From Actinomycetota bacterium (GTDB lineage Bacteria > Actinomycetota > Acidimicrobiia > Acidimicrobiales > JAJPHD01), in assembly GCA_021325455.1 (NCBI GenBank), contig JAJPHD010000001.1, forward strand, positions 28,306 through 92,305: a stretch of DNA of 64,000 bases, in the 5' to 3' direction. The notes under the pieces are model-generated. The model was not told the origin of the DNA, did no database searches, and saw nothing but the letters and a program-made list of their open reading frames with translations. Every line of letters begins with the position of its first letter. Within the stretch, counting starts at the first letter, position 1. The translations under genes and the position numbers were made by a program. Of the stretch, positions 52,990 through 63,477 are shown in pieces.

Positions 52990-54012
52990 GTGGCGACCTC
53001 CCCGCTCACGACCGGTACCGAGCCCGCCGCGAGGTCAGGCCCGGAGACCGGCCTGGCCCTGTACCGCTGGATGGTGGTGATCCGCCAGTTCGAGAAGCGG
53101 GCCTACGACCTCTTCCTCCAGAACCTGGTCAAGGGCACGAGCCACCTGTCCCTCGGCCAGGAGGCCGTGGCTGCCGGGTTCGGGGTGGCCATGAGGCCGG
53201 ACGACTGGACCTTCGCCACCTACCGGGGCCATGCCCACACCATCGTGCGCGGCGTCCCCCTGACCCCGATCATGGCCGAGCTCCTGGGCAGGGACAACGG
53301 CCTCCTGCGGGGCAAGGGCGGCTCCATGCACCTGACCAGCGTGGCCCACGGGATGATGGGCTCCTACGCCATCGTGGGCGCCCACCTGCCGGTGGCCGTG
53401 GGGGCGGCCTGGAGCGCCGCCTACAGGAAGAGCGGCCAGGTGGCGGTGTGCTTCTTCGGGGACGGGGCCACCAACATCGGGGCCTTCCACGAGGCCCTCA
53501 ACCTGGCCGTGGTGTGGAACCTGCCCGTCGTCTTCGTGTGCGAGAACAACCTCTACATGGAGTACACCCCCATCGGGGCGGTCACGGCCGTGCCGAGGCC
53601 GGCCGCCGACCGCGCCCCCGCCTACGGCCTACCGCCCGTCGCCATAGACGGCAACGACCCCGAGGTCGTCCACCAGACGGCCCTGGCCGCACTGGAGCGG
53701 GCCCGGTCGGGCGGGGGGCCCAGCCTCATCGAGGCCGTCACCTACCGCCACGGTGGCCACTCCCGGGCCGATCCCGCCACCTACCGCCCCAAGGAGGAGG
53801 TGGCGGACTGGCTCGCCCGCGACCCCGTCCCCGCCTATCGGGCCCGGCTCGTCGGGGCGGGGGTGCCCGAGGACGAGCTGCAGAGGGTGGAGGCTGAGGC
53901 CAAGGAGGCGGTGGACCGGGCCACCGAGGAGGCCAAGGCCGGCCCTCCCCCGGACCCCGGCCTGGTGACGGCCGACCTGTGGGCCGACGGGGGTTCGTCG
54001 TGGCGGAGCTGA
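52990..54012 (+). CDS. TPP-dependent dehydrogenase E1 alpha subunit
   Basis: HLSLGQEA, GKGGSMH, FGDGA...NN, YRHGGHS. Confidence 0.93.
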   Translation: MATSPLTTGTEPAARSGPETGLALYRWMVVIRQFEKRAYDLFLQNLVKGTSHLSLGQEAVAAGFGVAMRPDDWTFATYRGHAHTIVRGVPLTPIMAELLGRDNGLLRGKGGSMHLTSVAHGMMGSYAIVGAHLPVAVGAAWSAAYRKSGQVAVCFFGDGATNIGAFHEALNLAVVWNLPVVFVCENNLYMEYTPIGAVTAVPRPAADRAPAYGLPPVAIDGNDPEVVHQTALAALERARSGGGPSLIEAVTYRHGGHSRADPATYRPKEEVADWLARDPVPAYRARLVGAGVPEDELQRVEAEAKEAVDRATEEAKAGPPPDPGLVTADLWADGGSSWRS

Positions 54013-54974
54013 CGTACCGGGAGGCGGTGGCAAGGGCCATCGCCCAGGAGATGGAGCGGGATCCCTCGGTGGTCCTCCTGGGGGAGGACGTGGCCGGGGC
54101 CGGCGGGGCCTTCAAGGCCACCGGGGGGCTTCTCGAGCGGTTCGGCCCCGAGCGGGTGAGGGACACCCCCATCTCCGAGCAGGCCATCCTCGGGGCCGCC
54201 ATGGGGGCGGCCATGACCGGCCTGCGGCCGATCGCCGAGGTCATGTTCTCGGACTTCTTCGCCGTGTGCTGGGACATGGTGGCCAACCAGATCGCCAAGT
54301 CCCGCTACATGACCGCCGGCCAGGTCCAGCTTCCCCTGGTGGTGCGCTCGGGCAACGGCGGGGGGAGCCGGTTCGGGGCCCAGCACTCCCAGAGCGTCGA
54401 GAACTGGGCCATGGCCGTCCCCGGGCTGAAGGTCGTCGCCCCCAGCTGCCCCAGCGATGTCATCGGCCTGCTGGCCGCGGCCGTGCGGGACCCCGACCCG
54501 GTCCTCGTCTTCGAGCACAAGTCCCTCTACCCCACCAAGGGGGAGGTGCCCGACGGGGAGCTGGTGGGCCACCTGGGCCAGGCCGCCCTGCGCCGCCAGG
54601 GAGGTGACCTCACGTTGGTGGCCCTGGCGGCCATGGTCCCCGTGGCCCTCGAGGCGGCCGAGCGCCTGGCCGCCGAGGGGGTGCAGGCGACCGTCATAGA
54701 CCTGCGCTCGCTGGTGCCCCTGGACGTGTCGACCGTCCTGTCCTCGGTCAGCGCCACCGGCCATCTGGTGACGGTGGAGGAGAACCCCCGCCTCTGCGGC
54801 TGGGGAGCCGAGCTGGCCTCCATCGTGGCCGAGGAGTGCTTCTACGACCTGGACGGGCCCATCGTCAGGGTCACCACCCCCCACGTGCCCCTGCCGGCCG
54901 CCGACTCGCTCGAGGACCTGGCCCGGCCCTCCGTGGCTCGGGTGCTCGAGGCCGTGCCCCGGGCGTTGGGGTGA
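54000..54974 (+). CDS. TPP-dependent dehydrogenase E1 beta subunit
   Basis: LGEDV, DTPISE, GAQHSQ, IDLRSL. Confidence 0.93.
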   Translation: MAELTYREAVARAIAQEMERDPSVVLLGEDVAGAGGAFKATGGLLERFGPERVRDTPISEQAILGAAMGAAMTGLRPIAEVMFSDFFAVCWDMVANQIAKSRYMTAGQVQLPLVVRSGNGGGSRFGAQHSQSVENWAMAVPGLKVVAPSCPSDVIGLLAAAVRDPDPVLVFEHKSLYPTKGEVPDGELVGHLGQAALRRQGGDLTLVALAAMVPVALEAAERLAAEGVQATVIDLRSLVPLDVSTVLSSVSATGHLVTVEENPRLCGWGAELASIVAEECFYDLDGPIVRVTTPHVPLPAADSLEDLARPSVARVLEAVPRALG

Positions 54975-57394
54975 GCCGGCCCAGCCCGGCTGCACCCCGG
55001 CCGGCGGGCGGCGCCCCGGACGACGAGCCACCCTGGGTGGGCCGCCCGCTCCGGCGCACCGAGGACGACCGGCTCCTCAGGGGCCAGGGCAGGTATGTCG
55101 GCAACCTGGCCCCTCCCGGGCTCGCCCACATGGTGGTGGCCCGCAGCCCCTTGGCCCACGCCGCCATCCGGTCCATCGAGACCTCGAGGGCCAGGACGGC
55201 CCCCGGCGTGCTGGCCGTGCTCACGGCGGCGGACCTCGAGGGCGGGCTGAAGGGCAGCATGCCCATCACCGTCCCCGAGGGCGCCCAGGTGCCCGCCGTG
55301 CCCGTTCCGGTCCTGGCCGATGGGGTGGCTCGCTTCGCCGGGGAGCCGGTGGCCTGCGTGGTGGCCGAGAGCCAGGCTGCGGCGGAGGACGCCCGAGACC
55401 TGCTGGAGGTCGACTACGAGGCCCTGCCCGTGGTCACGGGGACGGACCAGGCCGCCGCTGGCACTCCCTGCCTCCACCCCGGCGCCCCCGGCAACGTCCT
55501 GCTTCGCTGGCACCTTGCCGAAGGGGACGTGGCAGGGACCTTCGCCAGCGCCGCCCATGTGGTGCGGGCCCGGCTGGAGGTGCCCCGCCTCGCCGCCGCC
55601 CCCATCGAGGCGCGGGGCTGCCTGGCCGAGTACCTACCCGGGCCCGGCACCATGACCCTGTGGTGCTCGGCCCAGGACCCCCACCGCCCCCGCTCCCACC
55701 TGGCCGCCGTGCTGGGCCTCGATCCCTCGTCGGTGCGGGTGGTGGTCCCTGACGTGGGCGGGGCCTTCGGGAGCAAGGGCACCCTGGCCCCGGAGCACGC
55801 CCTGGCCGCCGTATGCGCCCGGGCGCTCGGACGTCCGGTGCGGTGGGTGGAGGACCGCAGCGAGAGCTTCCTCGCCTCGTACCAGGGACGCGGCCTGGTG
55901 GCGGAGGCGGCGCTGGCCACCGACGGCTCGGGCCGGTTCCTTGCCATCCAGGCCCGCCTGGCGTGGGACCTGGGGGCCTACCTCTACCCGACCACCCCGG
56001 TGGTCCCCATCACCTCGGCCCGCCTGCTGGTGGGCGGTTACGACATAGCCGTGGCCGAGGTGGAGGTCCTCGGCCTGGCCACCAACAAGGTGCCCACCGG
56101 CCCTTACCGGGGGGCGGGCCGGCCCGAGGCCGCCTATGTGGTGGAGCGCCTGGCGGACCTGGCTGCTGCCCGCCTGGGGCTGGACCCTGTCGAGATCAGG
56201 AGGCGGAACCTCATCGGTGCGGACCGGTTCCCCTACCGGACCGCCCTCGGGTTCACCTACGACTCGGGCAACTACGAGGCCGCCCTCGACCGGGCCTGCG
56301 AGCTGGCCGACTACCGCCGCTGGAGGCAGCCCCCCCGGGAACAGGGTGCCGAGGGGCAGCCCCCGGGCGGGGCCGGAGCCCGGCGAGGCCGGACCCGGAC
56401 CGGGATCGGGGTGGCCCTCTTCGTCGAACGGGCGGGAGCCGGGCTGTGGGAGGGCGCCACCGTCGAGATGACGAACGACGGCCACGCCCTGGTCCGCCCC
56501 GGGTCGAGCAGCCATGGCCAGGGACACGAGACGGTCTTCGCCCAGATCGCCGCCGACAGGCTGGGGCTCCGCCCCGAGCAGGTCCGCGTCCTCCAGGGGG
56601 ACTCTGCCGCCGGCCCCCCCGGCGTGGGGACCTATGGCAGCCGCTCCATCACGGTGGGAGGCTCCGCCGTGGCCCTGGCGGCCGACTCGGTCCTGGCCAA
56701 GGCCAAGGCGGTGGCTGCTCACCACCTCGAGGTGGCCCCCGAGGACCTGCGCTACGAGGCGGGGCACTTCTGGGTGGCGGGCACTCCCACGCGTCGGCTC
56801 ACCCTGGCCGAGGTGGCCCGGGTGGCGGCAGACCCCGGAGCCCTGCCGGCGGGCATGGCCGCCGGCCTGGAGGCCACCGAGCGGTTCTCCCTGCCCGGCC
56901 CCGTCTTCCCCTTCGGGGCCCATGTCGCTGTGGTCGAGGTGGACCTGGACACCGGCTCGGTGCGACTGGTCCTGCTGGTGGCGGTGGACGACGCCGGGAC
57001 AGTGGTGAACCCCCTCCTGGCCGAAGGCCAGGTGCTGGGGTCCTCCATCCAGGGCATGGCTGCAGCCATGCTGGAGGAGGTGGTCCACGACGACCAGGGC
57101 CAGCTCCTCACGGCCAGCTTCGCCGACTACGGCGTACCGGGGCCCCCCGAGGCCGGGTTCCCTGTCCGGACCGAGCTGCTGCACACCCCCTCACCCTTCA
57201 ACCCCCTCGGGGCCAAGGGGCTGGGGGAGAGCGGGACCATCGGGGTGCCCGCGGCCGTGGCCAACGCCGTGGCGGATGCCCTTGGCCCTCTGGGGGTGGG
57301 GCACCTGGACCCCCCCTACACCCCGGCCAGGGTGTGGGCGGCGCTGGCCGGGGCGAGAGCGGCTGCAGGTGAGGGTGGTGGGGGGATTGGCTGA
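54971..57394 (+). CDS. Xanthine dehydrogenase-family molybdopterin-binding large subunit (CoxL form II-like)
   Basis: [35 protein letters not shown]. Confidence 0.92.
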   Translation: MSRPSPAAPRPAGGAPDDEPPWVGRPLRRTEDDRLLRGQGRYVGNLAPPGLAHMVVARSPLAHAAIRSIETSRARTAPGVLAVLTAADLEGGLKGSMPITVPEGAQVPAVPVPVLADGVARFAGEPVACVVAESQAAAEDARDLLEVDYEALPVVTGTDQAAAGTPCLHPGAPGNVLLRWHLAEGDVAGTFASAAHVVRARLEVPRLAAAPIEARGCLAEYLPGPGTMTLWCSAQDPHRPRSHLAAVLGLDPSSVRVVVPDVGGAFGSKGTLAPEHALAAVCARALGRPVRWVEDRSESFLASYQGRGLVAEAALATDGSGRFLAIQARLAWDLGAYLYPTTPVVPITSARLLVGGYDIAVAEVEVLGLATNKVPTGPYRGAGRPEAAYVVERLADLAAARLGLDPVEIRRRNLIGADRFPYRTALGFTYDSGNYEAALDRACELADYRRWRQPPREQGAEGQPPGGAGARRGRTRTGIGVALFVERAGAGLWEGATVEMTNDGHALVRPGSSSHGQGHETVFAQIAADRLGLRPEQVRVLQGDSAAGPPGVGTYGSRSITVGGSAVALAADSVLAKAKAVAAHHLEVAPEDLRYEAGHFWVAGTPTRRLTLAEVARVAADPGALPAGMAAGLEATERFSLPGPVFPFGAHVAVVEVDLDTGSVRLVLLVAVDDAGTVVNPLLAEGQVLGSSIQGMAAAMLEEVVHDDQGQLLTASFADYGVPGPPEAGFPVRTELLHTPSPFNPLGAKGLGESGTIGVPAAVANAVADALGPLGVGHLDPPYTPARVWAALAGARAAAGEGGGGIG

Positions 57395-58490
57395 GGGCCA
57401 CGTGACGCTGCGGGACGTGGCCGAGCGGGCCGGCGTCCACCCCGCCACCGCCTCCCGGGCCCTCAACCCCGAGACGCGCGCCCTGGTGAAGGGCGCAACC
57501 GCCCAGAGGGTGCTCCGAGCCGCCCGGAGCCTGGACTACCAGCCCAACCCCATGGCCCGCAGCCTCAAGACCCGGCGCTCCCATACCGTGGGCATGCTCA
57601 TCCCCGACCTCACCAACCCCTTGTTCCCCCCCATCGTGCGCGGGGTGGAGGACCGCCTGGCCGCGGCCGGCTACGTGGCCCTGGTCGGGAACACCGACAA
57701 CGACGAGGACCGGGCCCGCCTCGTGCTGGACAGGATGCGGGCTCGCCATGTCGACGGCTTCATCATGGCCATCGCCCACCGCAGCGACACCCTGCTCGAC
57801 CGGGCCGCACGGGCCAGGATCCCCATCGTCCTCGTCAACCGGGTGGTGGAGAGCAATGTCTTCCCCTCTGTCTCGGTGGACAACCGGGCCGGCACCGCCA
57901 TGGTCGTGGCCCACCTGGCCGGCCTCGGCCACCGCCGCATCGCCTGCGTGGCCGGCCCCCAGGACCTGTCCACCGGCTTCGGCCGCTACCGGGGCTTCCT
58001 GGAGGGTATGGCGGCCGCCGGCCTGGAGGTGGACCCCAGCCAGGTCGTCTTCGCCGAGTCCTTCTCCCAGGCCGAGGGCCTGCGCTGCACCCGGGAGCTC
58101 CTGGCTGCCGGCCTGGGGGCAACCGCCGTGGTGGCCGCCAACGACATGCTGGCCCTGGGCGTGTACGCCGCCCTGGAGGAGGCCGGACTGCGCTGCCCGG
58201 CCGACGTCTCGGTGGTGGGCTTCAACGACATGCCTTTCATCGACCGGCTGCGGCCCCCCCTCACCTCGGTGCGCTTCCCCCACTACGAGGTGGGCACGGA
58301 GGCCGCCCAGCTCATGCTGGAGAGGCTGAGCCACCGCACCTCCCCGGTGAAGGTGCTCTACCTGGCCCCCGAGCTGGTCGTGAGGGGGTCCACGGAGCCC
58401 CCCCCGGCGCCGGCCGCCGGACGGCAGGCCAGGGGCAGGCAAGGGACGAGGGCCAGACGGCTAAGGGCCGTCACCTCTCCCGCCAGCTGA
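57387..58490 (+). CDS. LacI-family transcriptional regulator
   Basis: TLRDVAERAGVHPATASRAL, YQPNPMARSL, VVGFND. Confidence 0.94.
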   Translation: MAEGHVTLRDVAERAGVHPATASRALNPETRALVKGATAQRVLRAARSLDYQPNPMARSLKTRRSHTVGMLIPDLTNPLFPPIVRGVEDRLAAAGYVALVGNTDNDEDRARLVLDRMRARHVDGFIMAIAHRSDTLLDRAARARIPIVLVNRVVESNVFPSVSVDNRAGTAMVVAHLAGLGHRRIACVAGPQDLSTGFGRYRGFLEGMAAAGLEVDPSQVVFAESFSQAEGLRCTRELLAAGLGATAVVAANDMLALGVYAALEEAGLRCPADVSVVGFNDMPFIDRLRPPLTSVRFPHYEVGTEAAQLMLERLSHRTSPVKVLYLAPELVVRGSTEPPPAPAAGRQARGRQGTRARRLRAVTSPAS

Positions 58491-59063
58491 GCCGGCCACC
58501 CCCGGCGCCAGGCCGGCGCTGGTCCCGGCCAGGACCTCCCCGTGCCCGATGCCGAGGGTCTTGATCCAGCGCTGCTGGCCGAGGGTCAGGGCCACGAAGA
58601 ACCCCAGCTCCACCAGCTCGGGCTCGCTGAAGAACCGGTGCAGACGGGCCCACAGCTCGTCGTCGGCGATGGCGGCATCCCAGATGATGGCGCTGGTATA
58701 GGTGAGGGCCACCTTCTCCCGCTCGCTGAACTTGTCAGAGGTGGAGAAGCGCAGCAGCTCCGAGTACTTGTCCTCGCTCAATCCCGCCTGCCCAGCCTGG
58801 ACAGATCGCTGGGCGCCTCAGTACGAGCAGGCGATGGACTGGGACACGTAGTTGCGGCACAGCTCCTTTAGGCCGTGGTCGAGGACCCCGTGGCGGAAGG
58901 TGAGGTCCCAGGCCTGCGAGAACGCCCTTATCACCGCCGGGTTGTGCGCCCGGATGGCCTGGCTCTCGGGGCGGGGCGTCCCCTCCAGGCGGGCGCGCTC
59001 CAGGTATCCCGCTATCTCCGGGTCCGAGACGGTGCTGGGGTCGACGTAGCTGATGTGGGGCAT
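58461..59063 (-). CDS. AhpD/carboxymuconolactone decarboxylase-family protein, probable selenoprotein (CSYU, Sec at codon 82; 200 aa)
   Basis: ORFs 58818..59063 and 58461..58781 are in the same frame and separated only by TGA 58820-58818. Read-through gives LKELCRNYVSQSIACSYUGAQRS...SEREKVAL...FSEPELVEL. Confidence 0.75.
58783..58817 (-). other. Candidate bacterial SECIS hairpin
   Basis: After UGA: GGCGCCCAGCGAU-CUGUCCA-GGC-UGGGCAG-GCGGG. The 7-bp apical stem has a G-first loop 20 nt from the UGA, plus a bulged lower stem. Folded by eye. Confidence 0.55.
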
Positions 59064-59081
59064 GTGGGGACCTCCCTCGTG

Positions 59082-60749
59082 TCAGTTGGTGGTTGGATCC
59101 TCGGGACCAGGGCGCTGCGTTCCCGGGTGCGCCGGCGGCGGGCCGCCTCCCCGGCCGGGCGAGCCCCGGGCCCCCCTGCCCACGACCTCCTCCAGGCTGG
59201 TCCCGAGGTCGGCCAGGATGACCATGGCGGCGTTGCGGCCAGGGGCCCCGGACACCGACCCGCCGGGATGGGTGGTGGCGCCGGTCTGGTAGAGGCCGGG
59301 GATGGGAAGCCGGTGCCCAGCCCACCCCGGTGCGGGGCGCAGCCGCCCCGACTGCGCCGGCCCCATGTCTCCGCCGTGGCAGGAGCCGTGCCAGTTGTGG
59401 GGGTTCTGGCGCTCCAGGTCCAGGGGGCTAACCACGTCCTGGTGCAGGATCACTCCCTCGGTGAGGTTGGGGGCGAACCGCCTGAGCTGGGCCAGATGGG
59501 CCGCCGCCACCGCTTCCTTGATGGCGTCCCAGCGCTCAGGGCCCCCGGCCAGCTCGTAGGGCTGGAAGCCGATCACCTTGAGCGTATGGCAGCCGGCGGG
59601 CGCCCGGGTGGGATCGGCCACGGTGGGACAGAGGACCAGCAGCGAGGGGTCCTCCAGGGCCACCGCCCCCTGGCGGAACTGGGCCGCCAGGCCGAGAATG
59701 GACTCGGCGGAAGGCACGATCCCGCAGGCCACTGCCTCACGCCGGTCCCTGCCCACGGAGAAGCGCGGGGGCTCGGTGGTGGCGTAATGGGCCACGAACA
59801 TGGACAGCCCCGGCTGCCAGGTATCGACCGCCTCCACGAAGGTCTCGCCCCACAGGTCGGGTCCAGCCATGGCGACGAGGTCCTTCACGTGGATGCTGGA
59901 CACCACCGCCCTGCCCGCCCGCCACAGGCTCCCGTCCGCCGTCTCCACCCCGGTGCAGCGGCCGGCCTCGATGAGCAGGCCCACCACCTGGTGGTCCGTG
60001 CGCACCTCCCCCCCGTGGTCCTCGATGAGCCGCCTGAGGGCGGAGCAGAGGGCCCCCGATCCGCCCCGGGGCAGGGTCCAGCTGTGGCGCTGGCGGCCGT
60101 ACACGAGCGAATAGGCAAGCAGGCCTCCCCCGGCCCGGTCCACCGGCTGGAGGGTCATGAAGGCCATCCAGGCCATGAAGGCCCTCACGTGCTCCTCCTC
60201 GAAGCGGGCGGCGATCACCTCCCAGGCGCTCATGGCCGCCCGCTTGGCCCACTTGCCCCCGCCGGGGCCGTCCTGCAGCAGGTCGTCGAGGGACGGGCCC
60301 CAGCCCACCGGCGTGTAGCGCCACTGGCCGTAGAGAGGGGCGATCTCCTCGTAGTCGTCCAGCAGGCTCAGGTAGGCACTAGCATCGTGCTTCGAGAAGC
60401 GGGCCAGCTCCTCCGCCGTGCGCCGGGGGTCCCGCCACTGGGTGATCCAGCTCCCGTCGGCAAAGGGCACGTGGACGACGGGGTCGGGGTGGATGTACTC
60501 GAGCCCGTAGGCACCGAGGCCGAGCTCGTCCCGACGGACCATGGGACTGGCCTGAAGGAGGTTGTGGGCCGTGGAGCACGAGTCGTGGACGAAGCCGGGG
60601 AGGGTTCTCTCCTCCGAGCTGGTGTCGCCCCCGAGGACGTGCCTGCCCTCGAGCACCAGGCAGCGGAAGCCGGCCTTGGCCAGGTAGGCCGCCGTGACCA
60701 GGGAGTTGTGCCCTCCCCCGGCCACGACCACGTCGAAGGCGTCACTCAC
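59082..60749 (-). CDS. Phytoene dehydrogenase-like (COG1233) FAD-dependent oxidoreductase
   Basis: VVAGGGHNSL, TLPGFVHD, PRGGSG, SPLDLE, THPGGSVSGAPGRNAA. Confidence 0.88.
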   Translation of the reverse strand: MSDAFDVVVAGGGHNSLVTAAYLAKAGFRCLVLEGRHVLGGDTSSEERTLPGFVHDSCSTAHNLLQASPMVRRDELGLGAYGLEYIHPDPVVHVPFADGSWITQWRDPRRTAEELARFSKHDASAYLSLLDDYEEIAPLYGQWRYTPVGWGPSLDDLLQDGPGGGKWAKRAAMSAWEVIAARFEEEHVRAFMAWMAFMTLQPVDRAGGGLLAYSLVYGRQRHSWTLPRGGSGALCSALRRLIEDHGGEVRTDHQVVGLLIEAGRCTGVETADGSLWRAGRAVVSSIHVKDLVAMAGPDLWGETFVEAVDTWQPGLSMFVAHYATTEPPRFSVGRDRREAVACGIVPSAESILGLAAQFRQGAVALEDPSLLVLCPTVADPTRAPAGCHTLKVIGFQPYELAGGPERWDAIKEAVAAAHLAQLRRFAPNLTEGVILHQDVVSPLDLERQNPHNWHGSCHGGDMGPAQSGRLRPAPGWAGHRLPIPGLYQTGATTHPGGSVSGAPGRNAAMVILADLGTSLEEVVGRGARGSPGRGGGPPPAHPGTQRPGPEDPTTN

Positions 60750-61863
60750 CGCTCGATGCCCCGCCGGCCCCCGGCCCCGGGCCCGTCACGGCCCCGCCCC
60801 CCAGGCCCGGTGGCGGGGGCCGACCCCCTCCGGCGGCCTCCCCCCTCCTCTCCCCCAGGCGGAGCAGCCGGGCGGCATTGCCCCCGAGGACCTGGGCCTC
60901 GGCCTCTCCCGGCAGTCCCAGGGCGAGGACGTCCTCCACGGGATGGGGCGAGCCCATGTCGAAGGGCCGGTCCGAGCCCAGCATGACCTGGCTGGAGCCC
61001 ACCTCCTGGACCAGGCTCGACAGGAGGGCCCGGTCATGGGTCAAGGTGTCGAAGAAGAACCGGCGGAGCGACCGCCTGGGAGGCTCGCCCAGCCTGGCCC
61101 TGGCCTCGGGCCGCACCTGGTGGGCCCGGTCCAGCCGCCCCCACACCGCGGGCAGCACACCCCCGCCGTGGGCCAGGAGCACCCGGAGACGGGGATGGCG
61201 CTCGATGGTCCCCGAGAGCACCAGATGGGCCGCCGCCAGGGCCGTCTCCACCGGGTTGGCCAGCCCGTTCCACAGGTAGTACTGGCCCGAGACCGGCAGG
61301 CTGAGGCCCCTGGTGGCCGGATGGACGAAGACCAGGGCCTGGAGCTCCTCGGCGGCCTCGAAGAAGGGGAGGAACCGGTCGTCGCCGAGGTAGGCGCCGC
61401 CCACGCTGGCGGTCACCTCCACCCCCGCCAGGCCCGCGGACATCGCCTCCTCGAGCTGGACCGCCGCCTCCTCGGGCCGGCTCAGGGTCACCGCTCCCAG
61501 GGCGCTGACCGAACCGCGGCCGGCCACCACCGCCTTGGCCAGGGACTCGTTCTGCAGCCGGCAGACCTCGGCGGCCAGCCCGGGATCCAAGCCATTGGGG
61601 AGCAGGGCCACCCAGGGCGAGAGGAGGACGTGGCCGATCCCTGCCCGTGACGACTCGTCCAGGATGCCGTCGATGTCGACCAGCTCGCCCACCAGGGAGT
61701 CCACCGGCCTCCCCCCCAGCTCGACCACGCGCCGCCCGCCCCTCCCGGCCAGGACCGGACGCCACGGCTCCTCCCTGCCCGGGGCCCGCACCAGGTCCCG
61801 GCCCAGCACATGGGCATGGACGTCGACCACGGCGGCCCGCCCGGGCTCCTCCCGCCCCCTCAC
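60742..61863 (-). CDS. Amidohydrolase-2 family protein (ACMSD-like)
   Basis: DVHAH, VFVHP, AHGGG, FFFDT, LGSDRPFDMG. Confidence 0.87.
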   Translation of the reverse strand: MRGREEPGRAAVVDVHAHVLGRDLVRAPGREEPWRPVLAGRGGRRVVELGGRPVDSLVGELVDIDGILDESSRAGIGHVLLSPWVALLPNGLDPGLAAEVCRLQNESLAKAVVAGRGSVSALGAVTLSRPEEAAVQLEEAMSAGLAGVEVTASVGGAYLGDDRFLPFFEAAEELQALVFVHPATRGLSLPVSGQYYLWNGLANPVETALAAAHLVLSGTIERHPRLRVLLAHGGGVLPAVWGRLDRAHQVRPEARARLGEPPRRSLRRFFFDTLTHDRALLSSLVQEVGSSQVMLGSDRPFDMGSPHPVEDVLALGLPGEAEAQVLGGNAARLLRLGERRGEAAGGGRPPPPGLGGGAVTGPGPGAGGASSGE

Positions 61864-62693
61864 GGGCTTCCTCCCTCGTGACCGGAGCGGGGCCCCGCCG
61901 GGTGCTGCCCGGTGGGGCCGGCGCTGATGCCCCCGCCCAGGTACAAGGCGCCGATCTCCGGGTTGTCGAGGACCTCCCGGCCCGACCCGCTCAGGCGCAC
62001 CACCCCGTTCTCCAGCACCACCCCGTGGGTGCTGAGCCGGAGCCCAGCCCTGGCGTTCTGCTCCACGAGCAGGATCGTCCGTCCCTGGTCGTGCATCATG
62101 CGGATGGTCGCGAACACGGTCCGCAGGGTCCTCGGGTCCAGGCCCATGGACGGCTCGTCCAGGATCACCAGGAGGGGGTCGAGCATGAGGCAGCGGGCGA
62201 ACTCGATCAGGCGCTGCTGGCCTCCGGACAGGGCCCCCGCCTTGTCCCTGGCCCTCTCCCTGGCCACGGGGAACATCTCCATCACCTGCTCCAGCCGCCT
62301 CCGGGCCAGGGCCCGGTCCCCCAAGGTGAAGGCCCCCATCTCGATGTTCTCCCGGACCGTCATCTCCCTGAACAGGCTGTGGTTCTGGGGCACCTGCACC
62401 ACCCCCCGGCCGAGGATCTCCCTCGGCGTCCTGCCGACCAGGCTCCGGCCGTCGAAGCGGATGTCGCCCCGGCGGGGACGCAGGATCCCGCTGATGGCCG
62501 CCAGCACGGTCGACTTGCCGGCCCCGTTGGGCCCCACGACGCAGGTGATGCTGCCCTGCGGGACGGAGAAGGACACCCCACGCAGGACGTCACCACCGCC
62601 ATAGCCGGCAACCACGCCCTCCAGGACCAGCAGGCCCGGAGGCCGCGGGACCGGCCCCGCCCCCGCCAGCTCCTCAGAGGGAGCCCGCGCCAT
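61860..62693 (-). CDS. Branched-chain amino acid-type ABC ATP-binding protein (LivF-like)
   Basis: GPNGAGKST, LSGGQQ, LDEPSMGL, VEQN. Confidence 0.92.
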   Translation of the reverse strand: MARAPSEELAGAGPVPRPPGLLVLEGVVAGYGGGDVLRGVSFSVPQGSITCVVGPNGAGKSTVLAAISGILRPRRGDIRFDGRSLVGRTPREILGRGVVQVPQNHSLFREMTVRENIEMGAFTLGDRALARRRLEQVMEMFPVARERARDKAGALSGGQQRLIEFARCLMLDPLLVILDEPSMGLDPRTLRTVFATIRMMHDQGRTILLVEQNARAGLRLSTHGVVLENGVVRLSGSGREVLDNPEIGALYLGGGISAGPTGQHPAGPRSGHEGGSP

Positions 62694-63477
62694 CCTGGCC
62701 CTCCGGTCCGTCCCCGGGGTCCTCTTCGAGAGCCCCGCCCAGGTAGGCGTCCAGCACCCGCGGGTCGCTGCGCACGGTGGAGGGGGGACCGGTGAGAATG
62801 GCCGTCCCCTGGTGCATCACCGTCACCTGGTGGCAGAGGCTCATCACGAACTCCATGTTGTGCTCGACCACGAAGAAGGTCTTGCCCTGGCGGTTGAGCT
62901 CCCGGATGCGGTCGGCTATGTGGTTGATGAGGGAGGGGTTCACGCCCCCTGCCGGCTCGTCCAGCAGTATGACGGCGGGATCGGCGACCAGCACGTAGGC
63001 CAGCTCCAGCAGCTTGCGCTGGCCGTAGGAGAGGCTGCCGGCGGGCTTCGAGGCCAGCCGGGCGATGCCGACGAACTCCAGCAGCTCGAGGGCCCGCCTG
63101 CGCTCTCCGGGCGAGCCGGCCCTCGTGCAAAGGCTGCGCAGGCCCCTGCGGCCCGCCTGGGAGGCCACCAGCATGTTCTCCATGACGCTCAAGCGGGAGA
63201 AGATCCGGGTCAGCTGGAAGGTACGCCCCAGACCCAGGGCGAACACCCTGTCAGGCGAGGCCCGGGTGATCCGCCTCCCGCTGAAGTAGATCTCCCCACG
63301 GTCCACCCTCTCGTACCCGGTGGCCACGTTGAACAGGGTGGTCTTCCCCGAGCCGTTGGGCCCTATGAGGCCGGCGATCGTGCCCTCCTCGACCCCCACC
63401 GAGCACTCCGACAGGGCCTGCACGCCGCCGAAGGCCTTGCAGGCCGAGTCCACCAGGAGAAGGGGGGCGGAGCTCAC
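62674..63477 (-). CDS. Branched-chain amino acid-type ABC ATP-binding protein (LivG-like)
   Basis: GPNGSGKTT, LSYGQRK, LDEPAGG, VEHNM, DAYLG. Confidence 0.92.
   Translation of the reverse strand: MSSAPLLLVDSACKAFGGVQALSECSVGVEEGTIAGLIGPNGSGKTTLFNVATGYERVDRGEIYFSGRRITRASPDRVFALGLGRTFQLTRIFSRLSVMENMLVASQAGRRGLRSLCTRAGSPGERRRALELLEFVGIARLASKPAGSLSYGQRKLLELAYVLVADPAVILLDEPAGGVNPSLINHIADRIRELNRQGKTFFVVEHNMEFVMSLCHQVTVMHQGTAILTGPPSTVRSDPRVLDAYLGGALEEDPGDGPEGQDGAGSL

Noticed and set aside
54971..57394. Aerobic CO dehydrogenase (form I CoxL)
   Set aside because: The active-site loop is PYRGAGR, not AYxCSFR, and there are no cox accessory genes in the window.
58461..58781. Separate 106-aa gene starting at TTG 58781
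   Set aside because: It is in frame with the upstream ORF and completes a single AhpD fold. No convincing RBS.
59082..60749. Carotenoid biosynthesis (crtI/crtO)
   Set aside because: No crtB/crtE neighbours, and the context is catabolic.
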